Shown: positions 1 to 10,417 of the stretch, in pieces
Layout of the letters: the number at the start of each line of letters is the position of its first letter
Numbering within the stretch: position 1 is the first letter of the stretch
Source of the DNA: Armatimonadota bacterium
GTDB lineage: Bacteria; Armatimonadota; UBA5829; DTLH01
Assembly: GCA_039679675.1 (NCBI GenBank)
Contig: JBDKUN010000033.1
Coordinates: forward strand, 128,001 to 192,000
Length of the DNA stretch: 64,000 bases
Direction of reading: 5' to 3'
Program-made: the position numbers and the translations under genes
Notes under the pieces: generated by a model
Databases searched by the model: none
What the model saw: the letters and a program-made list of their open reading frames with translations, nothing else
Told to the model about the DNA's origin: nothing

Positions 1-795
1 GATGCCTGCTGGCGCTATGTTACGGATGAAATCGCCTCTGAGATATTGAGTAGGGGAATGATCCTTGCGCAGTTCAACCGGGTCGAGATCGCGCCTGATA
101 TCTATAACTCAGACCGTACTTCCGGCATTTATCACATATATCCTGATGAAACTTACGGGGCACTCTCTGCATGGGCATGGGGTTATCATCGCTGCGTAGA
201 TGCGCTCCTCGGTATGGACTTCGTAGACGGCAGCCACATTGCTGTGGTAGGCCACTCCAGGGGAGGCAAGACGGCTCTCTTGGCTGGAGCTACAGACGAA
301 CGTATTGCCCTCACATCCGCCAATTGTTCCGGAGCAGGCGGCGCTGGATGTTACCGCTCGCAGGGGCCGGAGTCGGAGCAGCTTTCGGATTTACTGAGAG
401 CGGTGCCTTACTGGTTTGGCCCACGTCTGCAGGATTACATAGGCCGTGAGATAGAGCTTCCATTTGACCAGCACTTCCTGAAGTCCCTTGTCGCCCCTCG
501 TGCATTGTTGACTACGGAGACGATTGATGACCTATGGGCAAACCCTACAGGCACATGGCAGACACATGCGGCTGCAAGAGAGGTGTACCGTTTTCTGCAG
601 GCCGAAAATAGAATCTGCATACGGTTCCGTGAAGGCGAGCATGAGCACAATGCGGACGATTGGCGTGATTTTCTGGACTTTATGGAGTGGCAGCTCTGCG
701 GCGGCACACGGCCGGGTGGTTTGAATCAGAACCCGTTTGAGGGCCTAATGCCTGCTTATTCCTGGACAGCACCGGGTCCTATTTTGACTGCCTAA
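1..795 (+). CDS. CE15-like glucuronoyl esterase / acetylxylan esterase (5'-truncated by window edge)
   Basis: Frame is open from base 1. GHSRGGK nucleophile motif, SAWAWG, and HFLKSLVAPR...DLWANP motifs typical of CE15. Confidence 0.75.
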   Translation, partial: DACWRYVTDEIASEILSRGMILAQFNRVEIAPDIYNSDRTSGIYHIYPDETYGALSAWAWGYHRCVDALLGMDFVDGSHIAVVGHSRGGKTALLAGATDERIALTSANCSGAGGAGCYRSQGPESEQLSDLLRAVPYWFGPRLQDYIGREIELPFDQHFLKSLVAPRALLTTETIDDLWANPTGTWQTHAAAREVYRFLQAENRICIRFREGEHEHNADDWRDFLDFMEWQLCGGTRPGGLNQNPFEGLMPAYSWTAPGPILTA

Positions 796-1555
796 ACCGG
801 CTTGGTGCAAGGCCTGTAAGCTGGCGAAACTGCCGGCTGAAAAAATACACATCACGATAACCCAAACGTTCAGCTACAATTTTCAGCGGGAGTTCGGTGT
901 GTATGAGCAGTTCGCACGCTGCACTGATCCGCCTGCGTAATAAGTACGTATGTATGGGAACCCCCACAAAAATCTTGAATTGGCGGCGCAATGTGCTTAC
1001 CGACATGCAGAGTTCTTCAGCCAACGCAGAGTAATCAGGCTGTTCCCCGACTGTATTATTCAATCGGTCGATCAAAGCCTGCAGCCATACAGGCCGATCA
1101 ATCATCTCAGCGCGAGCCTTGGCTAAATCAAGGACGATCCGTTCCAGCTCATTCGCAGCAGAAAGAACGGCCAGCCTGTCTCCAGCATCTATTAGGGAGT
1201 GCAGGTGATCTATGCGTGCACCAAATTCCGCGGAAGGCTGGACCTTTTGCGGCGCAAAAGGTAGCAGCCCTTCAGCTACCCAGCCGTCTACTCTTGTACC
1301 TCGAAAGGTAACAAAACGATGCGACCAAAAGCCGAATTGCTCTGATGGACGGTATACGAAATGCGGGCCAGGGTATGTGCACCAGACCCATTGCCCGTCC
1401 AGACTGTAGTTCCGATCATCGATTGCCAGATCTACGCCTCCTCTGTTGACGAACTGCAGGCCGTAATATCCAGCGAAGACGCGGTCTATGGTGTGTCTGT
1501 AATCCGGGATCGAATTGGCTCCAAGAAACTCCAGGGACTCAACCATCATGCACAT
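779..1555 (-). CDS. AraC-family transcriptional regulator
   Basis: C-terminal double HTH (LAEELCMSVSTLRRQF...VAERLGYRDVYFFSRQFRQLTGLAPSRFR). Divergent from a sugar operon. Confidence 0.9.
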   Translation of the reverse strand: MCMMVESLEFLGANSIPDYRHTIDRVFAGYYGLQFVNRGGVDLAIDDRNYSLDGQWVWCTYPGPHFVYRPSEQFGFWSHRFVTFRGTRVDGWVAEGLLPFAPQKVQPSAEFGARIDHLHSLIDAGDRLAVLSAANELERIVLDLAKARAEMIDRPVWLQALIDRLNNTVGEQPDYSALAEELCMSVSTLRRQFKIFVGVPIHTYLLRRRISAACELLIHTELPLKIVAERLGYRDVYFFSRQFRQLTGLAPSRFRQSK

Positions 1556-1577
1556 ATATTACAAAATAGTGCGCATG

Positions 1578-1666
1578 TTGTCCATTGCAGGTGGCGAACT
1601 GTGCTTGTATATTGAAGATGCTGGACATTATACTGATGTTCTCAATTGAACGTATTGTCCAATGCA
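1578..1666. promoter_or_regulatory. Candidate AraC operator repeats in the divergent intergenic region
   Basis: TTGTCCATTGCA (1578-1589) and TTGTCCAATGCA (1655-1666), plus inverted TGGACA at 1622-1627. Confidence 0.3.
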
Positions 1667-1695
1667 AGCCATCAGCAAACGAAAGGGCCGGACAA

Positions 1696-2466
1696 ATGAG
1701 CAAAATGGTTACTGGAATCAATTTATTCACCCTACACGAACAGTGCAAAGACTTGGCAGGGCTAAAGTATACGCTGACCAGATTAAGGGAGATCGGGTAT
1801 TCGTGTGTTCAGATATCGGGAGTTTCGCTGGAACCGGAAGTGATAGCAGAAACATTAAAAGAGACCGGTATGAAATGTGCTGCCACTCATATGGGCTGGC
1901 CACAGCTCCGTGATGAAACCGAAAGAGCTATCGAGATACACAAACTGTATGATTGCCGCCATACAGCGATAGGGATGCTGCCGCAGGAGTATCTAAAGGG
2001 AGCGTCAGGGATAGACCGATTCGCAAGAGAAATCTCTGTTCCCGCCCGGAAGCTTGCAGATGCGGGAATCACTCTCTCTTACCACAACCATCATATAGAA
2101 TTTACTAAAGTAGACAGCAAGACATGGCTGGAAGTGCTTTACAATACAATCGATCCCAAGTATCTGAACGCGGAAATCGACACTTACTGGGTGCAGACCG
2201 GCGGCGGTGATCCCGTGCAATGGATACGCAGGATGGCAGGCAGGGAACCGCTCTTGCATGTCAAGGACAAGATAATTACCTTCTCCGGCGAGCAGCGCTT
2301 TGCTGAGATCGGCATGGGCAACCTGAACTGGCCGGAAATTCTTAAGGCGGCAGAGGAATCTGGGGTAGAATACGTTCTTGTCGAGCAGGACTCGATGTAT
2401 GACCGCGACCCGTTCGAAGCGGTCAAGATCAGCTATGATTATCTGGCGTCAATGGGACTATCCTGA
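1696..2466 (+). CDS. Sugar phosphate isomerase/epimerase (xylose-isomerase-like TIM barrel)
   Basis: YHNHHIEF, EIDTYWV, LLHVKD, VEQD motifs. Start re-called to ATG 1696 (MSKMV) after GAAAGGG. Confidence 0.88.
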   Translation: MSKMVTGINLFTLHEQCKDLAGLKYTLTRLREIGYSCVQISGVSLEPEVIAETLKETGMKCAATHMGWPQLRDETERAIEIHKLYDCRHTAIGMLPQEYLKGASGIDRFAREISVPARKLADAGITLSYHNHHIEFTKVDSKTWLEVLYNTIDPKYLNAEIDTYWVQTGGGDPVQWIRRMAGREPLLHVKDKIITFSGEQRFAEIGMGNLNWPEILKAAEESGVEYVLVEQDSMYDRDPFEAVKISYDYLASMGLS

Positions 2467-2475
2467 AAGGACAAG

Positions 2476-3534
2476 ATGTTGAAGAACACACCCGTAAGAA
2501 TTGGGATTGTCGGCATCGGCCGCGCCGGTTGGGGCATGCACTGCGAGGAACTTCGTGGTAAGGAGTCGATGTTCCAAATTGTAGCGGCCTGCGACCTGAT
2601 AGAGGAACGCTGCCGCAAAATGGCCGAAAGGTTCGGTTGTTCCACCTACTCACGTATAGAAGACCTAATAAATGACCCGCAGGTGGAGCTAGTGGACATT
2701 GCCACCAGGTCATGTGATCATTTTACGCACGCGAAGATGGGGCTCGAAGCGGGAAAAGATGTTTTTCTCGAAAAGCCGATGTGCACCAACTACAAGGATG
2801 CCCAGGCACTGGTTGATATTGCCGCCTCCTCAAAGGGCAAGCTGTATATCCGCCACAACCGGCGCTTTGAGCCGGGGTTTCAGCATATTAGGGAAATAAT
2901 CGCATCCGGTATTCTCGGCAAGGTGTTCGAGATAAAACTGCGCAGGGTCTCCTTCCAACGCCGTGACGACTGGCAGACCATTAAAGAGTTGGGCGGAGGT
3001 CAACTGCTGAATTGGGGGCCTCATATTGTAGACCATGCGCTGAGGTTCCTCGAGTCGCCGATGAAATCGCTGTGGAGTGACCTCAAACTCGTGGCTGCCG
3101 CAGGAGATGCCGAAGACCACTTAAAGATAATCCTTACCGGCGAAAACAGGCGCATGGTTGATCTTGAGATAAGCGGTGGAGCATCAATTGGCGAACCAGT
3201 CTACCTGATATGGGGTACGCGCGGCGCGCTGTCTTGTGACGATCAGCACATTACACTTCGTTATCTTGACCCGGACCAACAGCTTTCCGAGCGCGTTGCA
3301 GACCCTGGAACACCGGGAACCAACTCTTTCGGTGCGCCTGAGACTCTCAGTTGGATAGAGAAGACCATTTCCATCGACCCTGCGAAAAAAGTGGATTTAA
3401 CAAGTATCTGGGATGCGCTCTACCGCTCGATACGAGACGGCGAACCGTTCCCAATCAAACTGGAAGAGGCAGTCGAAGTGATGAAGGTAATCTCGGACGC
3501 CAGAGCCATATCAAGCAGTCCATTGCAGCACTAA
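2476..3534 (+). CDS. Gfo/Idh/MocA family oxidoreductase
   Basis: IGIVGIGRAG Rossmann motif, LEKPM, HNRRF, GGGQLLNWGPH. Confidence 0.92.
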   Translation: MLKNTPVRIGIVGIGRAGWGMHCEELRGKESMFQIVAACDLIEERCRKMAERFGCSTYSRIEDLINDPQVELVDIATRSCDHFTHAKMGLEAGKDVFLEKPMCTNYKDAQALVDIAASSKGKLYIRHNRRFEPGFQHIREIIASGILGKVFEIKLRRVSFQRRDDWQTIKELGGGQLLNWGPHIVDHALRFLESPMKSLWSDLKLVAAAGDAEDHLKIILTGENRRMVDLEISGGASIGEPVYLIWGTRGALSCDDQHITLRYLDPDQQLSERVADPGTPGTNSFGAPETLSWIEKTISIDPAKKVDLTSIWDALYRSIRDGEPFPIKLEEAVEVMKVISDARAISSSPLQH

Positions 3535-5276
3535 TACGGCTGCTTGCGGATGAATTCCATTCTGCTGCCGTAGATACCTGCACCCACGATAGATAATGAG
3601 CCGGGGTACGCTACTTTACCCCGGCCATTTTCAATCTCAATATCGATTGGGCCCTGCGGAGTTACGATGCTTCCCCTTACCCAGTCAAGGTATGACGGTC
3701 TAGGATCGAATGAGAACTCAGTCCACCCCGGTTTGATAGGCGCTGCTCCGAGGAGATAGCGTTGAAGAGCCCAACTTCCTTGAGCAGCCCAGGCATGGCA
3801 TAAACTCAGGATGTCTCCCATGTGCTTCTGGATGGGGAGGGAGCCATCCTTGTAGAACATCTCAAACAGTGTATTGTGTCCCATTTCTGTTATAGTGCCG
3901 GTATAGCGCTTGAACAGGTCGAGAGCGCCATTCACATCACCTGCATGAAAACGGGCAGCTACTTCGTAAGCGTTGGCGTATGGCCAGATGCTGCCGTTGT
4001 GGGAGAAAATGCCATCCAAGATGGGGGATATGTTGATACTTCCTGCATCCGTCCTGTGAAGCCTGTTCATGGAGTCCAAAACCGTCATTACATTCGATGC
4101 AGGCGTAAGCCCTCCAAGGATAGCCCAGGCGTTGGTGGCAAGGTCAGACCGTGGAATATCTCCCTTTTTCGGCTGAACGAAAAGGTAACTCTTCAATTCA
4201 TCGCTCCAGAAGGAGCCATGAAAACGGGAAACGATGTCGTCATGAAGCGTTCTTGACCTTCCGGCACAGTCTGGATCATTCAAGACTGTAAAGAGTTTTT
4301 CCATTGCCCCCAGACCAATCGCCGCCGCAGCCTGGAGTGCTGGAAGAGGTTCGTCTTTCAGAGGGACGGTATACATCCATGAGGATGATGCAAGAATCCA
4401 ACCGTTTGGACTCTCGCGAAATTTACGCTCGCACCAGTCCAGGAATATAGGCATGACTTTGGCAGCAAAACGCATGAGGGTCTGATCGCCGGTATGAAGT
4501 ATATATTCCCAAAGGCATACCGTTTCCCAGAAAGCCCATTCATAAAATATCTGGTGGCTCGATGCACTGCCGGGGAAGAGTCCGTGCTCGCTGCAGCCGC
4601 AGTGCTGGGCGCTCATTATCAGGTATAAACTGTTTGCAATAGGTGTCTGGTCTTCCCAGTTGTAGTACCATGCAAGCGAAGCGGGCCTCAAGTCTCCGCC
4701 CCATATCTCACGGTCCCTCCGGCAGCCGTCCCACTGGACATAACCATTACCGAAAGGCCCGAAAACAGGGGTTTGACTCTCTTCGCCCGGCTGAGTGCAC
4801 AGGTGAACAGTATCTATTCCCATCTGCCAACCGGTATTTATCCCTTCATCACTGCATTCGAAGCTCCCAGACGGTTGCGCGGGGAACTCACTTGGTTTCA
4901 TGGAGACAAAAGTGATTATGGCAGGGATATTGCCGGTGTTTTTAAGTGAAAGGAAACGAAGAGCCATCATTCCGGGGTGAATCAGACCGGGTTCCCGGCT
5001 GAGTTCGACCGCCTCATGTGGATTTGCAGGACAAACACCGGGATCGAAGTATGAGTACGGCTGGGCAAAGACATCAAATATTCGGAGATCACTGGCGCAA
5101 GTGATCTCAAAGTATCCACGGCCTGATACAGTTATCCACCCTGTCCGTTTGCGTCCCCAGTCCAGGATGATAGACTGGCCTGGTTCAACCTTACAGGGGA
5201 ATGCACATTCAATGGAAGTCTCTTGTTCCGGAATATAGCGGTACGGCGTTATATTATCAGTTGTTCCAAGAGCCAA
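3531..5276 (-). CDS. Alpha-L-rhamnosidase-like six-hairpin glycosidase (GH78-like)
   Basis: DGCRRDREIWGGD and SLCHAWA motifs, C-terminal PGWTEFSFDP...TPQGPI. Start re-called to TTG at 5276 after GGAGAAAGG. Confidence 0.75.
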   Translation of the reverse strand: MALGTTDNITPYRYIPEQETSIECAFPCKVEPGQSIILDWGRKRTGWITVSGRGYFEITCASDLRIFDVFAQPYSYFDPGVCPANPHEAVELSREPGLIHPGMMALRFLSLKNTGNIPAIITFVSMKPSEFPAQPSGSFECSDEGINTGWQMGIDTVHLCTQPGEESQTPVFGPFGNGYVQWDGCRRDREIWGGDLRPASLAWYYNWEDQTPIANSLYLIMSAQHCGCSEHGLFPGSASSHQIFYEWAFWETVCLWEYILHTGDQTLMRFAAKVMPIFLDWCERKFRESPNGWILASSSWMYTVPLKDEPLPALQAAAAIGLGAMEKLFTVLNDPDCAGRSRTLHDDIVSRFHGSFWSDELKSYLFVQPKKGDIPRSDLATNAWAILGGLTPASNVMTVLDSMNRLHRTDAGSINISPILDGIFSHNGSIWPYANAYEVAARFHAGDVNGALDLFKRYTGTITEMGHNTLFEMFYKDGSLPIQKHMGDILSLCHAWAAQGSWALQRYLLGAAPIKPGWTEFSFDPRPSYLDWVRGSIVTPQGPIDIEIENGRGKVAYPGSLSIVGAGIYGSRMEFIRKQPY

Positions 5277-5320
5277 TGAACTAACCTTTCTCCGCTTCCT
5301 TGCTTTCGTGATAGAAGCCT

Positions 5321-7000
5321 TTAGCACACTCCGCAGCGGGTGCATGCTCCAACGTTGCAGCAGGTTGTAATCTGCCCCTCAAGTGCGCGGGTGAACTCTT
5401 TTCTGAGATAGTCTTTTTTTATAAGCAGGTCTATGTGGTCCCATGGGAATATTTCGTCCTCTCCGCGCGGGCGGGATGCGTAAAAGTCCGTATCTATTCC
5501 TGCTTCGGATGCTGCTTTTGCGTAATTGGACCCTGCTGCTGCCGCTGCGATTATTTTGCCAAGCCTTCGGTCGCCGCGGGCAAGCCATGCTTGAACATAG
5601 GCTGACCTGGGGCTCTCGGACGATAGCTCTATCCGTTTTTCGCTTTTTAGAGCGTTTTTGATGCGCTTCAGGCTGCTAGACAGCTCTTTTTCGGGAGCCA
5701 TTCCGCACCACTGGAACGGTGTCCACGGTTTCGGCACGTAGCAGCTTGCGGAAATCTGCAATCTGAACGATGGGTAGCTCTCGGCTATTCTCTTAGCGAG
5801 TTCAGGTATGGCATCGACATCTTCAGGCGTTTCTCCCGGAAGTCCCACCATAAAATAGAGCTTCAGCCTGGGGAACCCAGCTTCGGAAGCCATCCGCGCG
5901 GCATCCATGATCTCATCATCGGTTATCGGCTTGTTGATAATCCATCTAAGCCGCTCGGTTCCGGCTTCGGGGGCTATTGTCAAAGTGCGCTGCCCACCTT
6001 CATACATCATCCGCGCAAGATCGTCAGAAAGGCTTTCGATCCTGGTGGATGAGATGGAAAACTCTTGTCCTTCACTCGTCAGCGACTCGCAAATAGCGTG
6101 CGCTTCAGGATGGTCGAAGACAGAAGACCCTACAAGGCCGACCCTTGAGCCTTCAGGAAGCTCGCCGATCTGCCTTGGCCTCGGCGGAAGCACGATGTGA
6201 CCTGCAACACAGAACCTGCAGTGGCGTTTACACCCGCGCATCACCTCGGCAAGCAGCATATCCGAGAACTCAGCGTCAGGCGTAAGAACGATTGCCTGGT
6301 TTGGGTAACGCTCCAGATCGTGGACAACCCGCTTGGTAACTCTCGATGGAGCATGGGAGTGGACCTCCATTCCAGCTATTGTGCCGTCAGGGCTGTAACT
6401 CGGTGTGTAGAACCGCGGAACATAGACACTGGGTATTTGAGCGAGTTTGGCGAGCAGATCAGCCCTGTCGAGTCCGCCTGAATCCTCCAGCGCCCGGACA
6501 ATATCGCCTATGACTTCTTCGCCGTCACCTATCACGAAGGCGTCTATGATCTCCGCGAGCGGTTCCGGGTTAAAAGTTGCACATGGGCCGCCGGCGATGA
6601 TCAGCGGGTGGCTTTCGTCCCTGTCTGACGCAAAAACCGGCAGTCCTGCAAGCTCGATTATCTTGACGACGTTCACATAATCGAGTTCATAGGAGATAGA
6701 AAAGGCCAGCACATCGAAATCTGCAAGGGGTGTTTGAGACTCTAGGCTGAAAAGCCGTGTGCGCGAGCGCATGAACTCGCGCTCATCGGCAGGCTCTGGC
6801 AGAAACACGCGCTCACAGGCGGCGCCGGGCAGGGAGTTCAGTATTCTATAGATGATCTGGAACCCAAGCGCGGACATTCCGAGCCTGTAAGCCCCCGGAA
6901 ACGCAAGCGCGAACTTCAGTTTACCCTCAAGCGGTGAGTATATGGTTCCGGTCTCCCGCTCAAGCAGTTTTTTTGCTTTATCAATCAGTATTCTCGACAT
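5321..7000 (-). CDS. B12-binding-domain radical SAM protein (TIGR03960-like)
   Basis: RGCKRHCRFC CxxxCxxC motif, IAGGPCATFNPEP, TIAPEAGTERLR, C-terminal CxxCGVC. Confidence 0.85.
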   Translation of the reverse strand: MSRILIDKAKKLLERETGTIYSPLEGKLKFALAFPGAYRLGMSALGFQIIYRILNSLPGAACERVFLPEPADEREFMRSRTRLFSLESQTPLADFDVLAFSISYELDYVNVVKIIELAGLPVFASDRDESHPLIIAGGPCATFNPEPLAEIIDAFVIGDGEEVIGDIVRALEDSGGLDRADLLAKLAQIPSVYVPRFYTPSYSPDGTIAGMEVHSHAPSRVTKRVVHDLERYPNQAIVLTPDAEFSDMLLAEVMRGCKRHCRFCVAGHIVLPPRPRQIGELPEGSRVGLVGSSVFDHPEAHAICESLTSEGQEFSISSTRIESLSDDLARMMYEGGQRTLTIAPEAGTERLRWIINKPITDDEIMDAARMASEAGFPRLKLYFMVGLPGETPEDVDAIPELAKRIAESYPSFRLQISASCYVPKPWTPFQWCGMAPEKELSSSLKRIKNALKSEKRIELSSESPRSAYVQAWLARGDRRLGKIIAAAAAGSNYAKAASEAGIDTDFYASRPRGEDEIFPWDHIDLLIKKDYLRKEFTRALEGQITTCCNVGACTRCGVC

Positions 7001-7129
7001 GTCTAGCTACATGTTATCTGAAAACATATCCGGCGGCAAATCCGGTCACATATGCAGTGTTTCAGATTCAATATATCGTGCGATAAGGTCTATTGGAGTG
7101 CTGAAATATTCGAAAGAAGGTGAAATTGC

Positions 7130-7660
7130 ATGGTCGAGACTATTGAGACTATTCGTCAGCGAAGAAGCATCCGGGCATATAAGTCCGATCCGGTGAGTGA
7201 ATCGGACTTGAGAGACATAGTAGCGGCAGGGTTTTGCGCGCCGAAAGCGCATGGCAGGCAGGCTGTACATGCAATCGTTGTGACGGATTCCGAAAAGCGC
7301 GAGCAGCTTTCTGAGAGCAACACATGGAGCAGGTTTCTGGCGCAAGCTCCGGCCATAATAGCGGTGTGTGTGGACAAAGATGCAGCTGGAAACTTCTGGG
7401 TTGATGATGGGGCAGCCTTTATGGAAAACCTTATGATTGCTGCACGCGCAAAAGGGCTTGGTACGTGCTGGATAGGCGTCCACGACGCGATCTATGATGG
7501 AGTAGACTCGGAGCATACTGTTCGAGATATATTGAACGTACCGGATAATATGCGGATACTCGCGCTGACTCCTGTAGGCTATCCCGCTGAGGAAAAACCT
7601 GTAAAAGATTTGGAATATCCTTCTGAAAGCGTCCACTGGGACAGCTTTGACAACCAGTAA
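7130..7660 (+). CDS. Nitroreductase family protein
   Basis: RRSIRAY, AP..HGRQ, GLGTCWIG, VGYPAE motifs. Confidence 0.92.
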   Translation: MVETIETIRQRRSIRAYKSDPVSESDLRDIVAAGFCAPKAHGRQAVHAIVVTDSEKREQLSESNTWSRFLAQAPAIIAVCVDKDAAGNFWVDDGAAFMENLMIAARAKGLGTCWIGVHDAIYDGVDSEHTVRDILNVPDNMRILALTPVGYPAEEKPVKDLEYPSESVHWDSFDNQ

Positions 7661-7748
7661 ACCGGGTTGAAGATATACTGCGGGAACTAAGCTTGTGTAA
7701 ATGTAGCGATTTGCCACAACCTGCCGTTCCCGCAGTGCAAAACGGGAT

Positions 7749-10283
7749 TTACTTCTGCTGGTCTTGCTCCATCTTGTCGAAGTTGTCCCGCAGCAGTCTC
7801 AGTTCACGCTTCTGAGTCTCGGTCGCGAAGCCGTCGCAGAGATAATCCGACCAGATAATTCCCGGCGCTCCGCCTTCTTCGTAAGTAGCCTTCCACCAGG
7901 GATAAGCCGCCATCAGGCAGTGTATCATCATTCCTTTGCTGGGTTTATCCAGGTTATAATTCCTCTCATACTCTCGGCCGTAATAAGGGTTAAGCAGAAT
8001 ATCGCGCATATGGTCGAACTGCGGCAGGTAAATCGGGATTATGCCTTCAGAAACCATTTTACGCATAGATTCGCGCCACTCGGCATCCGTGTAGGGCATC
8101 GTGGTGTAATCGCTGTGGTATTTGATCACATCTGTCTTCTTCAGAACGTCGTTTTCCAGAGCATTCCGATGTTGAGCGTAATAAACGTGGCGCCAGTGCA
8201 TATCGTTCGATTTCGGGTCGCCCGCTACTGCCAGATTAGCCCCTTCGGTCCTTAGGGCAATATCAGCGTTGGGGATTGCTTTTCGTATCAGTTCAACAGC
8301 CTTTTGGTAGATGTCCGCCCTGAGTTCTGTGCGGAAGGTGTCCCAATCGGCAATGGCAGCATCCCACTCATGAAATACACGGTCTGGCTTATTGTATACC
8401 GGCTCGTGGGATAAGCCGTCTCCTTCGACGCCCTGGTCTTCTTGGGGGTCTATCTCATCGAAACTCGCATAATTCGAGCCCCAAGCCTTGTTTACAGCCG
8501 TAATGGAACCATACTTTGCTTTGATCCAGTCCCTGAACTTGCCAAGAGCCAGAGGCCCGAGCGGATAGCGGAGATTGGTGTCATCTCTCAGCCACCCCCA
8601 GGTATCTTCTATCTCTACCGGCACGCGGCCGTCTTTGGCCGTAAACCAATAATCTCCCCAACGCTTGTGGTTGTATATCGCCCAGGCTGCGATAACCTCA
8701 GGCACTGACGGATCACCCAGATCGACTGAAACGTGCTCGCTGTGAGAATAACCTTTGCTGGTGGTAGAATAATCGATTTTTCTGCCGAGGAGCGGTTCGA
8801 CATTGTTGTACCAGTTTGCACTGGATGGCGGGTATAAACTCCAACCCAACACTTTCATCTGGAACCGGCGCACAAGCTCGTCATACCAGTATTTGTAGCA
8901 TGCGCTGTGAAGGTCTATGTTCTTGTGTCCTGTCAGTTCCCTGATCCACCAACTGCCCGAAGTGTTCGATAGGACGTTCACACCGAGGTCTTTCATCTCT
9001 TTGATCTCATCAGCCATATGCTTCTCAGGGAACGGCCCAAGTTGAAACCCTGAGCGCATGGCGGGCATAGCCTGAGCTATGATTACAGGCTCTTCTCTGC
9101 CGTTTTTATTCAGCACCATCACGTTCTTCGGGTTATATTTAATGCGGAGTGTCTCATCTGTGATCTTGATCGGGATCTTCGCGACTGCGATCTCTTTGGG
9201 GTCGGTCAATATCAGCTTTACAACGACATTCTTCGTCCACGGCGCAACCTGAAGATAGAGTGTTTTTTTCTGCTCGGTATTCTTTTCGGCCCCTTTGTGT
9301 ACGTCAAACGAGGTCATGAACTCCTCGAATGTATTCAAGTAACCCGGCATTTTCTCAATTTTATCGGTCATAGTGAACGTTGAATCGACAGGGGCGCTGC
9401 CGCCGGATTGTGTAACCTTGATCGGGACTTGCAAAAGTGCGAACTCTCGGCCGCCCCAGATATTTGTGCCCCATTCATACGTGTGGTGGTATCTGTAAAG
9501 CATCTGGAAGTCGATCAAGTAAGACCCTTCCATCAGTCCGCGGTTATGGCTGCCGAACTCAGGCACAAAAAAGTTGACCCATTGCTCCACAGACTCGCCG
9601 GGGTAGATATAGTTGATCTGCCGCTCAAAGAAATTGACGGTGTGTGCTGTCCACTGCACTTTTCCGTCTTTGTCCAGCCCTTTCAAGACCGGCGATGCGT
9701 AACTTGCACCAAAACCTTCCGGGTCGAGTATAGTGTCCCCTGTATTCGTGATGCGGAACTTGAACCAGGCGATTTCTGACTCCCTTATATCAGAGGAACA
9801 CACCATCGCGTCGCGTTTGTAAGGGGGAAACGGGCTGATCGGACTTTTGGCATCCGGTGTGAGCGGTATGTACTTGTCCTGCTCGTAATCAGCTGAGATA
9901 CTGCCAAGATATTCGATCTTTATGCCCATAATTCCTGGGACTGCGAGGTCATAAAGAGCCTTATTACCCGATCTTTTTGGGTCCTCAAAAGCAGTTGCTT
10001 CAACCGCTGCCCATCTCGTTCCGGCAGGCTGAGTCAGAGTATATTTGATCGGTATGACATCATACGCGCGTGCTTTTTCCGGCATCGTGAGTGTCAGTTT
10101 ATAATCTCCAAGCTCAACATGGCCATTCTTAAGTTTTGCGTTTTTATAAATATCGAGCTGGCCGGACTTACGTGCGGCATCTGAAAGCGCAGTGTAGCTC
10201 ACAGTTGGTTGTTCCGCGGCCAGCAATGCCTGACTTATAAGAAGCAACAAGACTATAATCAGCCAAAAAGCGAACATCTTCAA
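7749..10283 (-). CDS. Secreted glycoside hydrolase, GH42/beta-galactosidase-like catalytic region
   Basis: Signal peptide; FRDWIKAKYGSITAVNKAWGSNYASFDEI motif of GH42-like proteins. Start re-called to TTG after GAGGAGG. Confidence 0.6.
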   Translation of the reverse strand: MKMFAFWLIIVLLLLISQALLAAEQPTVSYTALSDAARKSGQLDIYKNAKLKNGHVELGDYKLTLTMPEKARAYDVIPIKYTLTQPAGTRWAAVEATAFEDPKRSGNKALYDLAVPGIMGIKIEYLGSISADYEQDKYIPLTPDAKSPISPFPPYKRDAMVCSSDIRESEIAWFKFRITNTGDTILDPEGFGASYASPVLKGLDKDGKVQWTAHTVNFFERQINYIYPGESVEQWVNFFVPEFGSHNRGLMEGSYLIDFQMLYRYHHTYEWGTNIWGGREFALLQVPIKVTQSGGSAPVDSTFTMTDKIEKMPGYLNTFEEFMTSFDVHKGAEKNTEQKKTLYLQVAPWTKNVVVKLILTDPKEIAVAKIPIKITDETLRIKYNPKNVMVLNKNGREEPVIIAQAMPAMRSGFQLGPFPEKHMADEIKEMKDLGVNVLSNTSGSWWIRELTGHKNIDLHSACYKYWYDELVRRFQMKVLGWSLYPPSSANWYNNVEPLLGRKIDYSTTSKGYSHSEHVSVDLGDPSVPEVIAAWAIYNHKRWGDYWFTAKDGRVPVEIEDTWGWLRDDTNLRYPLGPLALGKFRDWIKAKYGSITAVNKAWGSNYASFDEIDPQEDQGVEGDGLSHEPVYNKPDRVFHEWDAAIADWDTFRTELRADIYQKAVELIRKAIPNADIALRTEGANLAVAGDPKSNDMHWRHVYYAQHRNALENDVLKKTDVIKYHSDYTTMPYTDAEWRESMRKMVSEGIIPIYLPQFDHMRDILLNPYYGREYERNYNLDKPSKGMMIHCLMAAYPWWKATYEEGGAPGIIWSDYLCDGFATETQKRELRLLRDNFDKMEQDQQK

Positions 10284-10417
10284 TTGTGTCTCCTCCTCAT
10301 GCGTCCATAATACTACTTTGATCAGCGTTGATGCTACCAAAACCAAAACACTCTTTTGCTTTCGTCCTTCGTATGCTAGAATTGCACTGTTTAATACTGT
10401 CTATAAGGAGCCCTGGC